The notes: generated by a model from the letters alone, not told the origin. A stretch of 64,000 nucleotides of DNA from an uncultured Gemmataceae bacterium (GCA_963750165.1 CAVVPN010000004.1:736001-800000); one strand, 5' to 3'. Shown: positions 50,736 through 61,979, counted from the stretch's first letter. Translations and numbers: made by a program.

Positions 50736-52382
50736 TCAGTCGCCCAGCGCGTCCAGAGCCTGGCGGATGGCGTCGTCGTTGCGATGCTGGATCAGCAGGG
50801 TGAGCAGCAGGGCGCGGGCGCCAGATGGGTCACCGGTCAGCCCCAGATAGACGGCCTGGTTGAGGCCCCAGTCGCGCTGCCGACGGGAGTCCCGCCCGGC
50901 CAGCGGTTCGGCCCACGCGAGCAGCATGCCGGCCTCCTCCAGGGCCGCGGCGTCCTTGCCCGTACGCAACAGCAGCGCCGCGCTGGCCACCAGCGCCAGG
51001 AAATGCTCAGGGTTGCGCTCCAGCGCCAGCCGCAGTTGTTCTGCCGCCTTCGCGTCCTCTTTATTGTTGTAATGGGCCTTGGCCAGGGCCAACCGCGCAG
51101 CGGCGCTATCACAGTGGTTCAGCCGCTCCTCCAGAACGGCCATCCCGTCCGCTTCGCGGTCGGACGTGAAGAGCACCGCGGTCAGCACGTCCCAGGCGGC
51201 TTCCAGGGTCGGGTCCAACGCCACGGCCCGCCGCAACAGCGGGACCACAGTCAGCGGATCCTCGGCGGTCAGGCTCCGCATACAGCCCAGCATCAGCGCG
51301 GCGCGGGCGGCCAGCTTGCGGTCGTCACTCCGGGTCAGCCGTTCCAGCCGGGCACTGCCCTCGTCCACCCGGGAGCGGATTTCCGGCGGGAGAGCGCTGA
51401 GCGTCGGCCGGTCCTTCTGGGGGGCGCCGCGCTCGCAACAGAAGGCGATGACTTCCGTTTGAACCAGCATGCCCTGGGTCAGGTAGTCGTCCGGGAGCAG
51501 CTGGGCCAGGCGGTACAGTTCAGCCCGCGGCGCTGGGGTGAACATGGCAGCCGCCCGGCAGTCGGGCACCCGGACGGACTGCCGCGTCGCGGCGAGCATG
51601 GCAGCCGTCGTGCTGTCGGGCTCCAGGTGGAGCAAGCTGTGGGGCACCGCGGCGATCACCCGCTGGCCGAAGATCGCGCCCTGGCAGACGCCGATCCGGC
51701 GCCGGGCCACCTCCGGCTCCTGCGGGGCCAGGGTCAGGGCCCTGTCCCAGCAGGCGCGGGCCTCGCGCAAGCAGGCAGCGGCCTCCGCTAGCGACAGCGG
51801 GGCCTTCGCGGCCAGCACGAACTGACCGCCTTCCTTCACTGGCTCGCCGTTCTCCTCCTTGAGCAGCAGCCGCACTGCCTTGCCGGGCAAGTAGCCGGCC
51901 AGGTCCAGCTGGCACCGCCAGTCCGCGGGGGCCAGCTCCACCGCCCGGCGGTACAACGCCTCGGCTTCGTCGTCGCGATCCAGGCCACACAGGGACTCCG
52001 CTAACCCCGCCAGGGCTCGGACCTGATCCGGCTCCCGCGCCAGTTGCTGACGGAACAGGTCCGCCGCGAGTTCAAAACAGCGGCGCGACTCCGGCCTGTT
52101 TTCCCGGAGGTCGAACAGGGAGCCCAACTTCAGGTAGCGAGGGGCGTCACTGTCATCCCCGAGCAACTGGTTCTGGAGGCGCGGGACCTCCGCGGCGAGC
52201 TGCTCCTCCCGGTCGTCCGAGGTGGTCTGCTTCAGTTGGCCGTCGAACCAGCCCAGTTGGTAGTCCGCCAAGAACGCGGGAAAATACGCCGCCGCGCGCA
52301 GCCTGTCCGGATCGACCGCCCGAACGGCGCTGGTGCTGCACAGGACGGCGACCAGTCCGCAAACCATCCATCGCGCCGGCAT
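50736..52382 (-). CDS. Exported TPR protein, paralog 1
   Basis: MPARW signal peptide; TPR helices; C-terminus NQAVYLGLTG...DDAIR.AL.ALGD. Confidence 0.85.
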   Translation of the reverse strand: MPARWMVCGLVAVLCSTSAVRAVDPDRLRAAAYFPAFLADYQLGWFDGQLKQTTSDDREEQLAAEVPRLQNQLLGDDSDAPRYLKLGSLFDLRENRPESRRCFELAADLFRQQLAREPDQVRALAGLAESLCGLDRDDEAEALYRRAVELAPADWRCQLDLAGYLPGKAVRLLLKEENGEPVKEGGQFVLAAKAPLSLAEAAACLREARACWDRALTLAPQEPEVARRRIGVCQGAIFGQRVIAAVPHSLLHLEPDSTTAAMLAATRQSVRVPDCRAAAMFTPAPRAELYRLAQLLPDDYLTQGMLVQTEVIAFCCERGAPQKDRPTLSALPPEIRSRVDEGSARLERLTRSDDRKLAARAALMLGCMRSLTAEDPLTVVPLLRRAVALDPTLEAAWDVLTAVLFTSDREADGMAVLEERLNHCDSAAARLALAKAHYNNKEDAKAAEQLRLALERNPEHFLALVASAALLLRTGKDAAALEEAGMLLAWAEPLAGRDSRRQRDWGLNQAVYLGLTGDPSGARALLLTLLIQHRNDDAIRQALDALGD

Positions 52383-52504
52383 GAGCAAACCCTCCCTGGG
52401 CGTCGCGGTCAGCCCCGCCACCTTGGACGGCGGCTACCGCGACGAGCGAACCTCGTAGCAAATTGGACCGATGGCGAAAGGCCAACCGCGGCGCTGCCAC
52501 GAAC

Positions 52505-54059
52505 TCAATCGCCCAGCGCTTTCAGGGCCGTGCGGATGGCGTCGTCGTTGCTGTGGCGGATCATCAGGGTGAGCAGCAGGGCGCGGGCGTCGTTGCTGGC
52601 GCCGGTCAGCCCCAGATAGACGGCCTGGTTGAGTTGCCAGTCGTGCTGACGGCCGGCGTCCTGACCCACCAGCGGTTCGGCCCGCGCCAGCAACGCCCGG
52701 GCCTCCTTCAGCGTCGCGGCGTCCGCGGCGCGGCGCAGCAGCAGCGCCGCCACCGCGACCAGCGCCGCGAAGTCGTCGCCGTCCCGCTTCAGGGCCAGTC
52801 GGTATTGCTCCTCGGCGCGGGCGTCGTCCTTCAGGCAAGCGTAGGCGCCGCCCAGCGCCAGCCCGCGCGCACGCAGTCGTGCCGCCGCACCCACTCCTGG
52901 CCGATCGCCAGGTATTCCGCTTTCTGGTCCTTCAAACTGTACGCCCCCATGAGCAGTTCCCAGGCGTCCTCCAGCGCCGTCTCCTGTTCAAGGACTTCGC
53001 GCAGCGTGGTCACCGCGCCGTCCGTGTCGCCGTCCATGAGCCGGAGCCAGCCCAGCACCAGTTTGCTGCCCACGGCCACCGCCCGATCCACACTGGCGCT
53101 GAGCCGGCGCAACTCCCGCTGGATCTCGTCCAGGCGCTGCCGGCCCTGCGCCGCGATGCCCTGGCTCAACGAGGACGCCTCCTTGCGGAACGCCTGCCGG
53201 TTCCAGATCACGTTCGCCTGTAATTCGGTCTGTGCCAGGAAGCCCCAGGCCAGGTAGTCGTCCGGGCGCACCGCGCCAGCTGGTGGATGTCCGCCCGCGC
53301 CTCCGGCACATACATCGCCAGCACCGGGTTTTGCCCGACCGCGTCCACCGGCCGCCCCAGCGCCGCCGTCAGCGCCACCTGCAGAAATGACCGCTCGACG
53401 CGGTGATCGAAGCGCGCCCGATACGCCTCCGGCTCGCGGGGGGCCAGCGCCACGACGCGGTCCAGACACGCGGCCGCCTCGCGGAGCAGCGGTTCGGCCT
53501 TCACCGCCGAGTCGGGGCCGTTCAACGCGCCCCGTCCGTCCTTCTTGTAGATCAGCCGCGACGCCTTCCCGTTCAGGAACCGGCCCAGGGCCGCCCAGTT
53601 TTCCCAGCCGTCCGCGTCCAGCGTCACGGCCTGCCGCAGCAGTGTCTCGGCCTCGTCGAACCGCTTCAGGCCCCAGACGGCATCGCCGAGCTGCCGCACG
53701 AGCCGGGCCTGCTTCGGCTCCCGCTCCATTTGTCGGCGCAGCACCGTCTCCGCACGGGTGTAATGGCGCTGGACCTCGTCGGTTCGATCCGCACTGCTGC
53801 ACAGGTCGGCCAGGCGCAGCAGGACCTCGACGTCGTCCGGGGCGTCGGCGAGGCGTTTCTGCTGGGCGGCGATGTCGGCATCCAGGTCGATCCGGGTGCC
53901 CACGAGGTAAAACCGCCCGTACTTGAAGCCCACCCCCAGCTTGCATTGTTGCGACGGCAGTCGCGCCGCCCCGCGGAGCTTCTCCTTGTCGGCGGCCTGC
54001 GCCGCACCCGCCCCGGTCAACAGCAACAACGTCGCGCACAGCAGCCACCGCGCCGGCAT
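52505..54059 (-). CDS. Exported TPR protein, paralog 2; frameshifts ~53270 and ~52865
   Basis: Three frames together align with paralog 1 end to end. Confidence 0.8.
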
Positions 54060-54223
54060 GAGCGAATCCTCCCTCGGCGTCGCGATCCGCTCCGTCGGCC
54101 CGGACGGCAGCCGCCGCGACGGGCGGACCTCATACCAAATTGGTCCGGCGGCGAAAGACCAACCGCGCCCGCTACTGCGGCCGCGGCTGTTGTTGTAAAA
54201 TAACCCCGAAACCAGGAGAAGCC

Positions 54224-54577
54224 ATGAGCCCCTTGTTGTTCGTCCTGTTCTACGTCCTCGGCGTCGGCATCCTCGTCGTGAGCATGCAACTGACCAGCAG
54301 CGCCATGGGCGGCGTCGAGTTCGGCGCCCTGCACACCGTCATCCTGAAGTCCCTGGTCCTGCTCATCGGCGTCGATTTGCTCAGCCTGCTCGGCACCGTC
54401 GGCCTGTTCCTGTCCATCCCCGTCTGGTGGCTGGGGCTGATGTTCCTTTTTCGCATCGACTTCTGGGAGTGCCGCACCCTCGTCGTCATCAACTGGATCC
54501 TCAACCTCGTCCTGTATCTGCTCATCGTCGGCATCCCTCTTACTTACAACGAGCCCATGCAGGGATTCTCGAAATGA
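54224..54577 (+). CDS. Small membrane protein
   Basis: About 4 TMs; AGGAG RBS; ATGA overlap with glcD. Confidence 0.75.
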   Translation: MSPLLFVLFYVLGVGILVVSMQLTSSAMGGVEFGALHTVILKSLVLLIGVDLLSLLGTVGLFLSIPVWWLGLMFLFRIDFWECRTLVVINWILNLVLYLLIVGIPLTYNEPMQGFSK

Positions 54578-56010
54578 CCGCCACCGCGACCGTCAGTTTC
54601 CTCGACCGCCTGCGAGCCATCGTCGGCCCCGGCGGCCTGCTCAGCGCCGCCAGCGACCTGCTCGTCTACGAGTGCGACGGCTACACCATTGAGAAGAACC
54701 GCCCCGATGTGGTCGTCTTCCCCACCAGCACCGAGCAAATCGTGCAGGTCGTCAAGCTGTGCAACGAGCAACAGGTGCCGTTCCTGCCGCGCGGCGCCGG
54801 CACCAGCCTCGCCGGCGGCTGCCTGCCGGTCGGTGGCGGCGTCATGATCGCCCTGACGCGCATGAAGCGCATCCTGGAAGTCAACGTCCGTGACCGCTAC
54901 GCCGTGGTCGAGCCGGGCGTCGTCAACCTGTGGCTGACCAACCATCTGAAGCCGCTTGGCTACCACTTCGCGCCGGACCCGTCGAGCCAGGGCGCCTGCA
55001 CCATCGGCGGCAACGTCGCCACCAACTCCGGCGGCCCACACACGCTCAAGTATGGCGTCACGGTCAACCACGTCCTCGGCCTGGAATTCGTGCTGCCGGA
55101 CGGCCGTGTCGTGCAGACCGGCGGCCCCGTCGAGGACACGCCGGGCTACGACCTCACCGGCGTCATCGTCGGCTCGGAGGGCACCTTCGGCATCGCCAGC
55201 AAGGTGTGGGTGCGCATCACCCGCAACCCCGAGGCGTACCGCACGCTCCTCGGCGTGTTTGAAACCATTGATGACGCCACCAACACCATCAGCGACATCA
55301 TCGGCGCCGGCATCGTGCCCGCGGCGCTGGAGATGCTCGACCAGCTGATTTTGCAGGCGGTCGAGCAGGCGTTCCACTTCGGCTTCCCGCTGGACGCCGG
55401 GGCGGTGCTCATCATGGAGGTCGATGGCCTCGACGCCGGCCTCGACGCGGACGCCGAGCAAATCATCACCATTGCCGAGCAGAACGGCGCCCGCGCGGTC
55501 CGCCGTGCTGACACGGACGCGGAACGGTTGCTATTGTGGAAGAGCCGCAAGCAGGCGTTCGGGGCCATCGGCCGGCTGTCGCCGAGCTACTGCACGCAGG
55601 ACGGCGTGGTGCCGCGCACGAAGTTGCCGCACATTTTGCGGGTGATCCAGCGCATCGGCGATAAATACAATTTGCGCATCGCCAATGTGTTTCACGCCGG
55701 CGACGGCAACATCCATCCGATCCTGCTGTTCGACGAGCGCGACGCGGATCAGGTGCGGCGCGTGCTGGCGGCGAGTCACGAGATCCTGGAGGAGTGCGTC
55801 AACGTCGGCGGCAGCGTGACGGGCGAGCACGGCATCGGCGTGGAGAAGATCGACTTCATGCCGCGGCTGTTCACGCCGGAAGACCTGGCGATGATGCTGC
55901 GGCTGCGGCAGGCGTTCAACCCGCAGAACCGCTGCAGTCCACACAAGCTGTTCCCGACGGCGGGGGCGTGCATCGAACAGAGCAAGGTGGGCCGCCGGGC
56001 CGCGCTGTGA
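54574..56010 (+). CDS. glcD: Glycolate oxidase FAD subunit
   Basis: PRGAGTSLAGG, APDPSSQ, GSEGTFG, HAGDGNIHP, GEHGIG. Confidence 0.92.
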   Translation: MTATATVSFLDRLRAIVGPGGLLSAASDLLVYECDGYTIEKNRPDVVVFPTSTEQIVQVVKLCNEQQVPFLPRGAGTSLAGGCLPVGGGVMIALTRMKRILEVNVRDRYAVVEPGVVNLWLTNHLKPLGYHFAPDPSSQGACTIGGNVATNSGGPHTLKYGVTVNHVLGLEFVLPDGRVVQTGGPVEDTPGYDLTGVIVGSEGTFGIASKVWVRITRNPEAYRTLLGVFETIDDATNTISDIIGAGIVPAALEMLDQLILQAVEQAFHFGFPLDAGAVLIMEVDGLDAGLDADAEQIITIAEQNGARAVRRADTDAERLLLWKSRKQAFGAIGRLSPSYCTQDGVVPRTKLPHILRVIQRIGDKYNLRIANVFHAGDGNIHPILLFDERDADQVRRVLAASHEILEECVNVGGSVTGEHGIGVEKIDFMPRLFTPEDLAMMLRLRQAFNPQNRCSPHKLFPTAGACIEQSKVGRRAAL

Positions 56011-56011
56011 G

Positions 56012-56074
56012 CGTGGGGCAGACATTCCTGTCTGCCGACCTTCAAGAATGGCAGATAGGAATGTCTGCCCCACG
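56012..56074. repeat. REP-like doublet, family C copy 2
   Basis: CGTGGGGCAGACATTCCTGTCTGCC...GGCAGATAGGAATGTCTGCCCCACG. Confidence 0.88.
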
Positions 56075-56093
56075 AAAATTCGGAGAATACGTC

Positions 56094-56567
56094 ATGGTGT
56101 TCCTGGCTGGATTCGTGCTGGCCTTCGCCGGGTTCGCGCTGCTGGTGCTCGGTCGGGCGCAGTTGCCCGGCGGCCGCGTGGTCACGGCGCTGCGCGGACG
56201 ACTGGCGGGGCTGGTGTTTTTGCTGTACCTGCCGCTGGTGATCGCGCTGCGGCCGCTGCTGGACCATCTGGAGTGGCGGGCCACGGTGGAGCAATACTTG
56301 ACGGCCATTGACTGGTCGTTGTTCGGGCTGATGCTGGTCGGCGGCGGCTGGATTCTGCTGCGCAGCGCGCGACCGGTGAAGCGCGACGTGCGCAAACCGC
56401 GGCTGCTCAATCAGCCCGAGGCCGCGCACCTGTTCTCCGCGGGGCTCAGCAACCCCTTCCCCGAGGCGGAGCCGGAGCCGCCGCCGGATACCACGCCGGT
56501 GCCGCGGCCGGCCAAGGGCAAGCGGCCCACGCCGCGGCCGCAGAAGAACCCGTTTGATTTTTCGTGA
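56094..56567 (+). CDS. Membrane protein with Pro-rich tail
   Basis: 3 TMs; ends NPFDFS. Confidence 0.65.
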   Translation: MVFLAGFVLAFAGFALLVLGRAQLPGGRVVTALRGRLAGLVFLLYLPLVIALRPLLDHLEWRATVEQYLTAIDWSLFGLMLVGGGWILLRSARPVKRDVRKPRLLNQPEAAHLFSAGLSNPFPEAEPEPPPDTTPVPRPAKGKRPTPRPQKNPFDFS

Positions 56568-56654
56568 CGTGCTGCCGGCATTGGTGTTCGCCGCGCCGTT
56601 CTTAGAATGACGCCTACGGCCCGCACCGCCAGTGCTTGTCCCGATAGGCCACCC

Positions 56655-57899
56655 GTGACGCACGACGTTTGTTCGATCGACGACCTTGGCCCGCTGCCCG
56701 TGACCCGGCCCACCTCGGTCGCGGAACTGGGCGAGATCGTCCGCCGCGCCGCCGCCGACGGTCAGGCCCTTTACCCGCTCGGCGGCCGCACTTCCCTCGA
56801 CTACGGTTTGCCCCCCACCCGCCCCGGCCTCGGCGTCGATCTGCGCGGCCTGAACCGCGTCATCGACTACCCGGCGCGCGACATGACCGTCACCGTCCAG
56901 GCCGGCGTCACCGTCGCGGAGTTGCGACGGCTTCTGGCGGCGGAAGAGCAGCGCCTGCCCATCGACGCACCGCACGCGGAGACGGCGACGCTCGGCGGCC
57001 TGCTCGCCACCAACCACAGCGGCCCGCGCCGCTACGGCTGGGGCACCCTGCGCGACTACGTCATCGGCAGCAGCGTCGTCAACGACCGCGGCGAAGAAAC
57101 CCGGGCCGGCGGCCGCGTCGTCAAGAACGTCGCCGGCTACGACCTGCCCAAGCTGCACATCGGCGCCCTGGGCACGCTCGGCGTCATCACGCAGGTGACG
57201 CTCAAGCTGCGGCCGCTGCCGGAGGAGCAGGCCCTGCTCGTGCTGTGCTGCGGCGGCGACCGGCTGGAAGCGACGCTGGAAACGCTGCACCGTTCGCGGA
57301 CACGGCCGGTCTGCCTTGAAGTGTTCAACGCCGCCGCCCTACCATACACGGACCTGCGCCTGTCGGCCGAGCCCGGCACGTGGGCCGTCGTGGCCGGCTA
57401 CGAGGACAACCTGGATTCCCTCAACTGGCAGGTGCCGCAACTGGTGCGCGAGTTGCGGGCGGCGCTACCGGTCATGGGCCGGATCGGCGCGCTGGCGGCG
57501 CCGTGGTGGCAAGGACTGGCCGAGTTCGCGGCCTGGCCCGGAGCGGCGCTGACCTTCCAGGCGGCACTGCGGCCTTCGGGGCTGGCGGCCTTTTGCCTGG
57601 AACTGGCCGGACTGCCGCAGGGGCTGCTGTTGCAGGCACACGCGGGCAACGGCGTCGTCGTCGGCCATGTGCCGTCGGGAGTGCCGCAGAGCGAAGCCGA
57701 GGGGTGTGTGCGACAGGCGCGGCAGCTGGCGGCGCGGGCGCAGGGTCATGTGGTGGTGCAGCGCTGTCCCGCGGCGTGGAAGAAAACGCTGTCCGTCTGG
57801 GGGCCGGCGCCGGAGAGTGCCTGGCTCATGCGTGCCGTCAAGGAACAGTTCGACCCGCAGCGGCTGTTCAACCCCGGCCGCTTCGTGGATGGCATTTGA
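56655..57899 (+). CDS. glcE: Glycolate oxidase FAD-binding subunit
   Basis: GPRRYGWGTLRD, GGRVVKNVAGYDL, FDPQRLFNPGR. Confidence 0.9.
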   Translation: MTHDVCSIDDLGPLPVTRPTSVAELGEIVRRAAADGQALYPLGGRTSLDYGLPPTRPGLGVDLRGLNRVIDYPARDMTVTVQAGVTVAELRRLLAAEEQRLPIDAPHAETATLGGLLATNHSGPRRYGWGTLRDYVIGSSVVNDRGEETRAGGRVVKNVAGYDLPKLHIGALGTLGVITQVTLKLRPLPEEQALLVLCCGGDRLEATLETLHRSRTRPVCLEVFNAAALPYTDLRLSAEPGTWAVVAGYEDNLDSLNWQVPQLVRELRAALPVMGRIGALAAPWWQGLAEFAAWPGAALTFQAALRPSGLAAFCLELAGLPQGLLLQAHAGNGVVVGHVPSGVPQSEAEGCVRQARQLAARAQGHVVVQRCPAAWKKTLSVWGPAPESAWLMRAVKEQFDPQRLFNPGRFVDGI

Positions 57900-57921
57900 G
57901 ACAGAGAAAGGCTCTTTTTCC

Positions 57922-59276
57922 ATGACCGCTCCCGCCGACGCCGCCCGCACGCCACTGCCGCTGACCGCCGCGCCGGCGCTCAAGGCCGACATCGACTACG
58001 AACTGTTCCTGGACTGCGTTCACTGCGGCCTGTGTACGTCCGCGTGCCCGACCTACGTGGAGCTGGGCGACGAGAACGACAGCCCGCGCGGCCGCATTTA
58101 CCTGATGCGCGCCGTCACCGACGGCCGCGCCCCGCTCGACGATGCCGTGCGCCGCCACCTCGACCTGTGCCTGGACTGCCGGGCGTGCGAGTCGGCGTGT
58201 CCGTCGGGGGTGCAGTACGGCAAACTGATCGAGCCGTTCCGCCTGCACCTGGAAACGGCGGCACCGCGGCCGGACCAGCTCGGCTTCTTCAAGCGACTGG
58301 CGCTGTACCATCTGACGCCCTACGCCGGACGCATGCGTCTGGCGCTGGCGCCGTGCGCTGGCTGCAATGGCTCGGCATCGACGGCCTGCTGCGCCGCGTC
58401 GGCTTTTACAAGTTGATGCCGCGGTCGCTGCGCCAGCTGCACGACATGCTGCCGTGGCGGCTGCAGCCGGCGCGCGGCCGCTTGCCCGAGGTGCTGCCGG
58501 CGGAGGGCAAGCGGCGCGCGCGCGTGGCCCTGTTCACCGGCTGCGCCGGCGACGCCTTTTTGCCGCAGACCACCGTGGCGACCGCCCGCGTGCTGCAGCG
58601 CAACGGCTGCGAGGTGTGGGTGCCGCGGCAGCAGGTTTGCTGCGGAGCGCTGCACTACCATGCCGCGCGCGCGGAGCCGGCCCAACAATTCGCGACGACC
58701 AACTGCGACGTGTTCGGCCCGGCGCTGTCGGGGCAGCTGGAACAGGTGGACGCGATCATCACGAACGCCGCCGGCTGCGGGGCGATGCTCAAGGATTACG
58801 GCCATCTGCTGCACGACGGCGCGGCGGCAGCGGTGGCGGGCGCGTTCGCGAAGAAGGTGCGCGACATCAGTGAGTTCCTGATGGAACTCGGCCCCGTGCC
58901 GCCGGAGCATCCATTGAAGCTGAAGGCGACCTATCACGACGCCTGTCATTTGTGCCACGGCCAGCAGATCCGCAAGCAGCCGCGGCAACTGCTGGAGATG
59001 ATCCCGGGATTGGAACTGGTGCCGCTGGCGGAGTCGGAAATCTGCTGCGGCGCCGCGGGCAGCTACAACCTGACGCAGCCGGAGATGGCCGAGCGGCTGG
59101 GGCGGCGCAAGGCGAAGCACATTCTCGACACCGGGGCGGCGGCGGTCTTCAGCGGCAACGTCGGCTGTCTGCTGCAACTGGGGCGGTATCTGCGCGAGCA
59201 GCGGCCGGATTTGTGGATCGCGCACCCGATTGATGCGCTGTGGGCGAGCTATAGCGGGACGAAGCCGGGGAGGTGA
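57922..59276 (+). CDS. glcF: Glycolate oxidase Fe-S subunit; frameshift ~58352
   Basis: CVHCGLCTSACPTY, CLDCRACESACPSGV, two CCG domains. Confidence 0.92.
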
Positions 59277-59599
59277 CAGCGCTCACATCTAATGTCGGGT
59301 CAAGGGAGTTGTTCAATGGTAACCGTTCACGGGTCGATGGAAAAATGCACAGTAAATGACGACCGGGGCCGCGATGCGCGGGAGAGCGAGTGCTCTCGGA
59401 TCACTCGGTCGATGTGTCCGAAGCAGATTGGAGGAAGTGCGCTCCGTGCTGAGGTGGGGCGGACCGGAGCGCGCAATCGCACTGCGGAAACTGAAGCGGG
59501 AAGAGACGGATGCGGGCTCGGCTCGGTGTTACGTGGTTCAAATCCCCTCGTTACTTTACCGCACCCGATGGGGTTCGAGTCCGCCTCGGGGAGATTCTG

Positions 59600-59770
59600 G
59601 ACACAACTCGATCCAATTTTTTCCGAAATTGTTGCCGTCCGTAAGTGGCCTGACAGTGGCCGACTTCCACCTGCTTGTGAAGCTCAAGGTGATCAACACC
59701 GAACGGATAAACCAAGCGGTGTTCGCTTTCCGTCGTTACGAGGATGCTTCCCTGCGTCACCCTGGCCGGC
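59600..59770 (+). pseudogene. Remnant of the C-terminus of a restriction helicase-endonuclease
   Basis: TQLDP...VSGLTVADFHLLVKLKVINTERINQAVFAFRRYEDASL resembles a conserved restriction-enzyme C-terminus (recall only). Confidence 0.45.
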
Positions 59771-60042
59771 TGATGGATACCTACATTAGAGGTCACTCCT
59801 CGGAACGGACAAAATTGCACGCAAAGGGTTGGGCTCGCCCGGGCACATCGGCAGGCGGCCTATTGTTCCCCTCCCGGCACAGCGGGCTTCGCTGCGGTCA
59901 TTCCTGGCTGAACGAGGACCAGGGCCGTCACCATGCAGAGTGCGAAGATGGTAAAGACCACCCGGAGGCTCAGCCCCCAATCGGGGAGCGTATCGAGCAG
60001 GAGACCCATGAGCGCTACGCTGCAACCTTCACGCATCCGGCA

Positions 60043-60684
60043 TCAACGTTCTGGCGCCGCATTTCCACGTCGCGACAGGAGCAGCAAGTCAGCCGCTTCC
60101 TCGGCATCCCTGAGAAGCGTCTTGCGCGGCGTGCCAATCTGCGCACGCATCTTAAGGCCACGAGCAAAATCAATGAGCTGGCTTGCGCGGACGGCCACAG
60201 GAAAGTCGGACGGGATTTCTCCAGCGGTGATCCCGTCCCGGAAACGACCTTCCACCAGCGCCACGGCGGCAGCGGCAGCGTTCTGCAGGAATTTCCGGAC
60301 CTCAGCGTCGTCCACAAGCGGCGCGACACACAAGAGAAGACATCCCCGAGCGGAACCTTTCTCGGTCGCAGTTTCGACGACGTGCTTCAGAAAGCGGGCG
60401 AGCGCGTCGCGAAGCGTCTGCGGCGACAGCAGCGCCTTCGCGGCGAGAGCGCCTTTCTTCTCCGCATAATCCTTGAGGACGCGCAAGAATAACGTCCGTT
60501 TGTCGCCGAAGACGGCATACAGGCTCGGCCGTCCCACGCCCATCCCGGCGACGAGATCGTCGATCGTCACTCCGTCGTAACCCTTCGACCAGAATACCTG
60601 GGTCGCCTTTTCCAGCGCCTCCCTCTCGTCGAAGCTGCGCGGCCGTCCACGCGGCTTACCGGCATTTTGAAACATTTGGTTCAA
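60043..60684 (-). CDS. TetR/AcrR regulator
   Basis: RGRPRSFD...FWSKGY...SLYAVFGDKR; GCLL; start at 60684 or 60675. Confidence 0.93.
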   Translation of the reverse strand: MNQMFQNAGKPRGRPRSFDEREALEKATQVFWSKGYDGVTIDDLVAGMGVGRPSLYAVFGDKRTLFLRVLKDYAEKKGALAAKALLSPQTLRDALARFLKHVVETATEKGSARGCLLLCVAPLVDDAEVRKFLQNAAAAAVALVEGRFRDGITAGEIPSDFPVAVRASQLIDFARGLKMRAQIGTPRKTLLRDAEEAADLLLLSRRGNAAPER

Positions 60685-60735
60685 AACTCCTTGACAAGGC
60701 CCATCGCGCCAATATATAACCGAACAGTTCGATTA
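60665..60735 (+). promoter_or_regulatory. Sigma70-type promoter with two palindromic operators
   Basis: TTTTGAA-N8-TTCAAAA, TTGACA-N18-TATAAC, TAACCGAACAGTTCGATTA. Confidence 0.7.
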
Positions 60736-60807
60736 GCAAGCCGGCCCCGGCCTCGCGGGGCCTCACGACTCGGCCTTCCCCCTGCCCCCTTCACCACGGA
60801 GACACCC

Positions 60808-61767
60808 ATGGAACATTCTATCGCGCTCGTCACCGGCACCACCTCCGGGCTCGGTTATGCGGCAGCCAGCATGCTCGCCATCAAGGGCTACCGCCAGGTC
60901 ATCGTCACCGGCCGCAGCCTGGCCCGGGTTCAAGAAACGGCCGCTCAGCTCGCGGCAGAGACCAAGCCACAGGTTTTCACGCCGCTGGAGCTGGATCTGG
61001 ACACGCCGACCAGCGTCCAGTCCGCCCTCGCCGAGCTGGTCAAGCGAGGTCGGCCGATCGATTTCCTGCTGCTCAATGCAGGGATGGTCGGAGGTAAGAA
61101 GCGCGTGCTCACTGCGGCGGGCGTCGAGGCGGCTCAGGCCCCGCTCATCGGGCATCATCAGCTGACTGTCGGGTTGCTCCGCGCCAACCTGCTGAGCCCC
61201 ACCGCGCGGATTGTTATCGCCGGGGCAGAACCTGCCCGAGGGGACGTGCCCATGTTCAGCTTCACCGACGTGGCGGCCCTCGCAGCCAAATACCACCAGG
61301 GGGACCGAACCGCCGCTGTTGAAGCCCTGCTGCGCAACGGGCCGAACGTGAAGTACAAGCCCAACCGGGCGTATGCCGACGCGAAGCTCATCGTTGCTTG
61401 GTGGGCGGCGGCGCTGGCGCGGCGGCTACCCTCCGGCATGGCCGTGTACGCCGTCTCGCCCGGTAGCGCGCCCGACACCAAGGCGGTGCGAAACCTTGGC
61501 CTGGTCATGAAGTGGCTGATGATTCCACTGGTGAAGCTCATCCCCGGCATGTCCCAGACTCCTGAGACCGCGGCCCGCCGGTACCTCCAGGCCTCGGAGT
61601 TCGGAACCGACGTCTCGGGCCAATTCTTCGCCTCGGCGCCGAAGAAGCTCACAGGCCCAATGGAGGCGATGCGTCACCCGCACTTTCACGATCGCGCCAA
61701 CCAGGAAGCCGCCTGGCAGGCCGTCGTCAAGGTCTCTGGCGTCGATTTCTCTTCCGCAGCAACTTGA
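60808..61767 (+). CDS. Short-chain dehydrogenase/reductase
   Basis: VTGTTSGLG, LNAG, YADAK. Confidence 0.9.
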   Translation: MEHSIALVTGTTSGLGYAAASMLAIKGYRQVIVTGRSLARVQETAAQLAAETKPQVFTPLELDLDTPTSVQSALAELVKRGRPIDFLLLNAGMVGGKKRVLTAAGVEAAQAPLIGHHQLTVGLLRANLLSPTARIVIAGAEPARGDVPMFSFTDVAALAAKYHQGDRTAAVEALLRNGPNVKYKPNRAYADAKLIVAWWAAALARRLPSGMAVYAVSPGSAPDTKAVRNLGLVMKWLMIPLVKLIPGMSQTPETAARRYLQASEFGTDVSGQFFASAPKKLTGPMEAMRHPHFHDRANQEAAWQAVVKVSGVDFSSAAT

Positions 61768-61870
61768 GAGCGGTGTCCTGAAGGAGCGCCGGTCGCGGCG
61801 AAATGGTCGCGATGACCAGAATCAGCATGCGATTGCGGAGCTACGTGGTCGTCCACGGGGTTCCACGGTA

Positions 61871-61942
61871 TTTTGAAATAAATAGTTCAAAAATCTATTG
61901 ACCGCAGCCTCTGGCCTGATTATCATACCAACCAGTTCACAA
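61871..61942 (+). promoter_or_regulatory. Promoter with the same operator architecture
   Basis: TTTTGAA-N8-TTCAAAA, TTGACC-N17-TATCAT. Confidence 0.7.
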
Positions 61943-61979
61943 TCAGCAAAGCAACCCTAACCTCGCGAGGAGAATACAC

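Noticed and set aside
59356..60492. 378-aa ORF
   Set aside because: Chimera of a remnant and the antisense strand of tetR.
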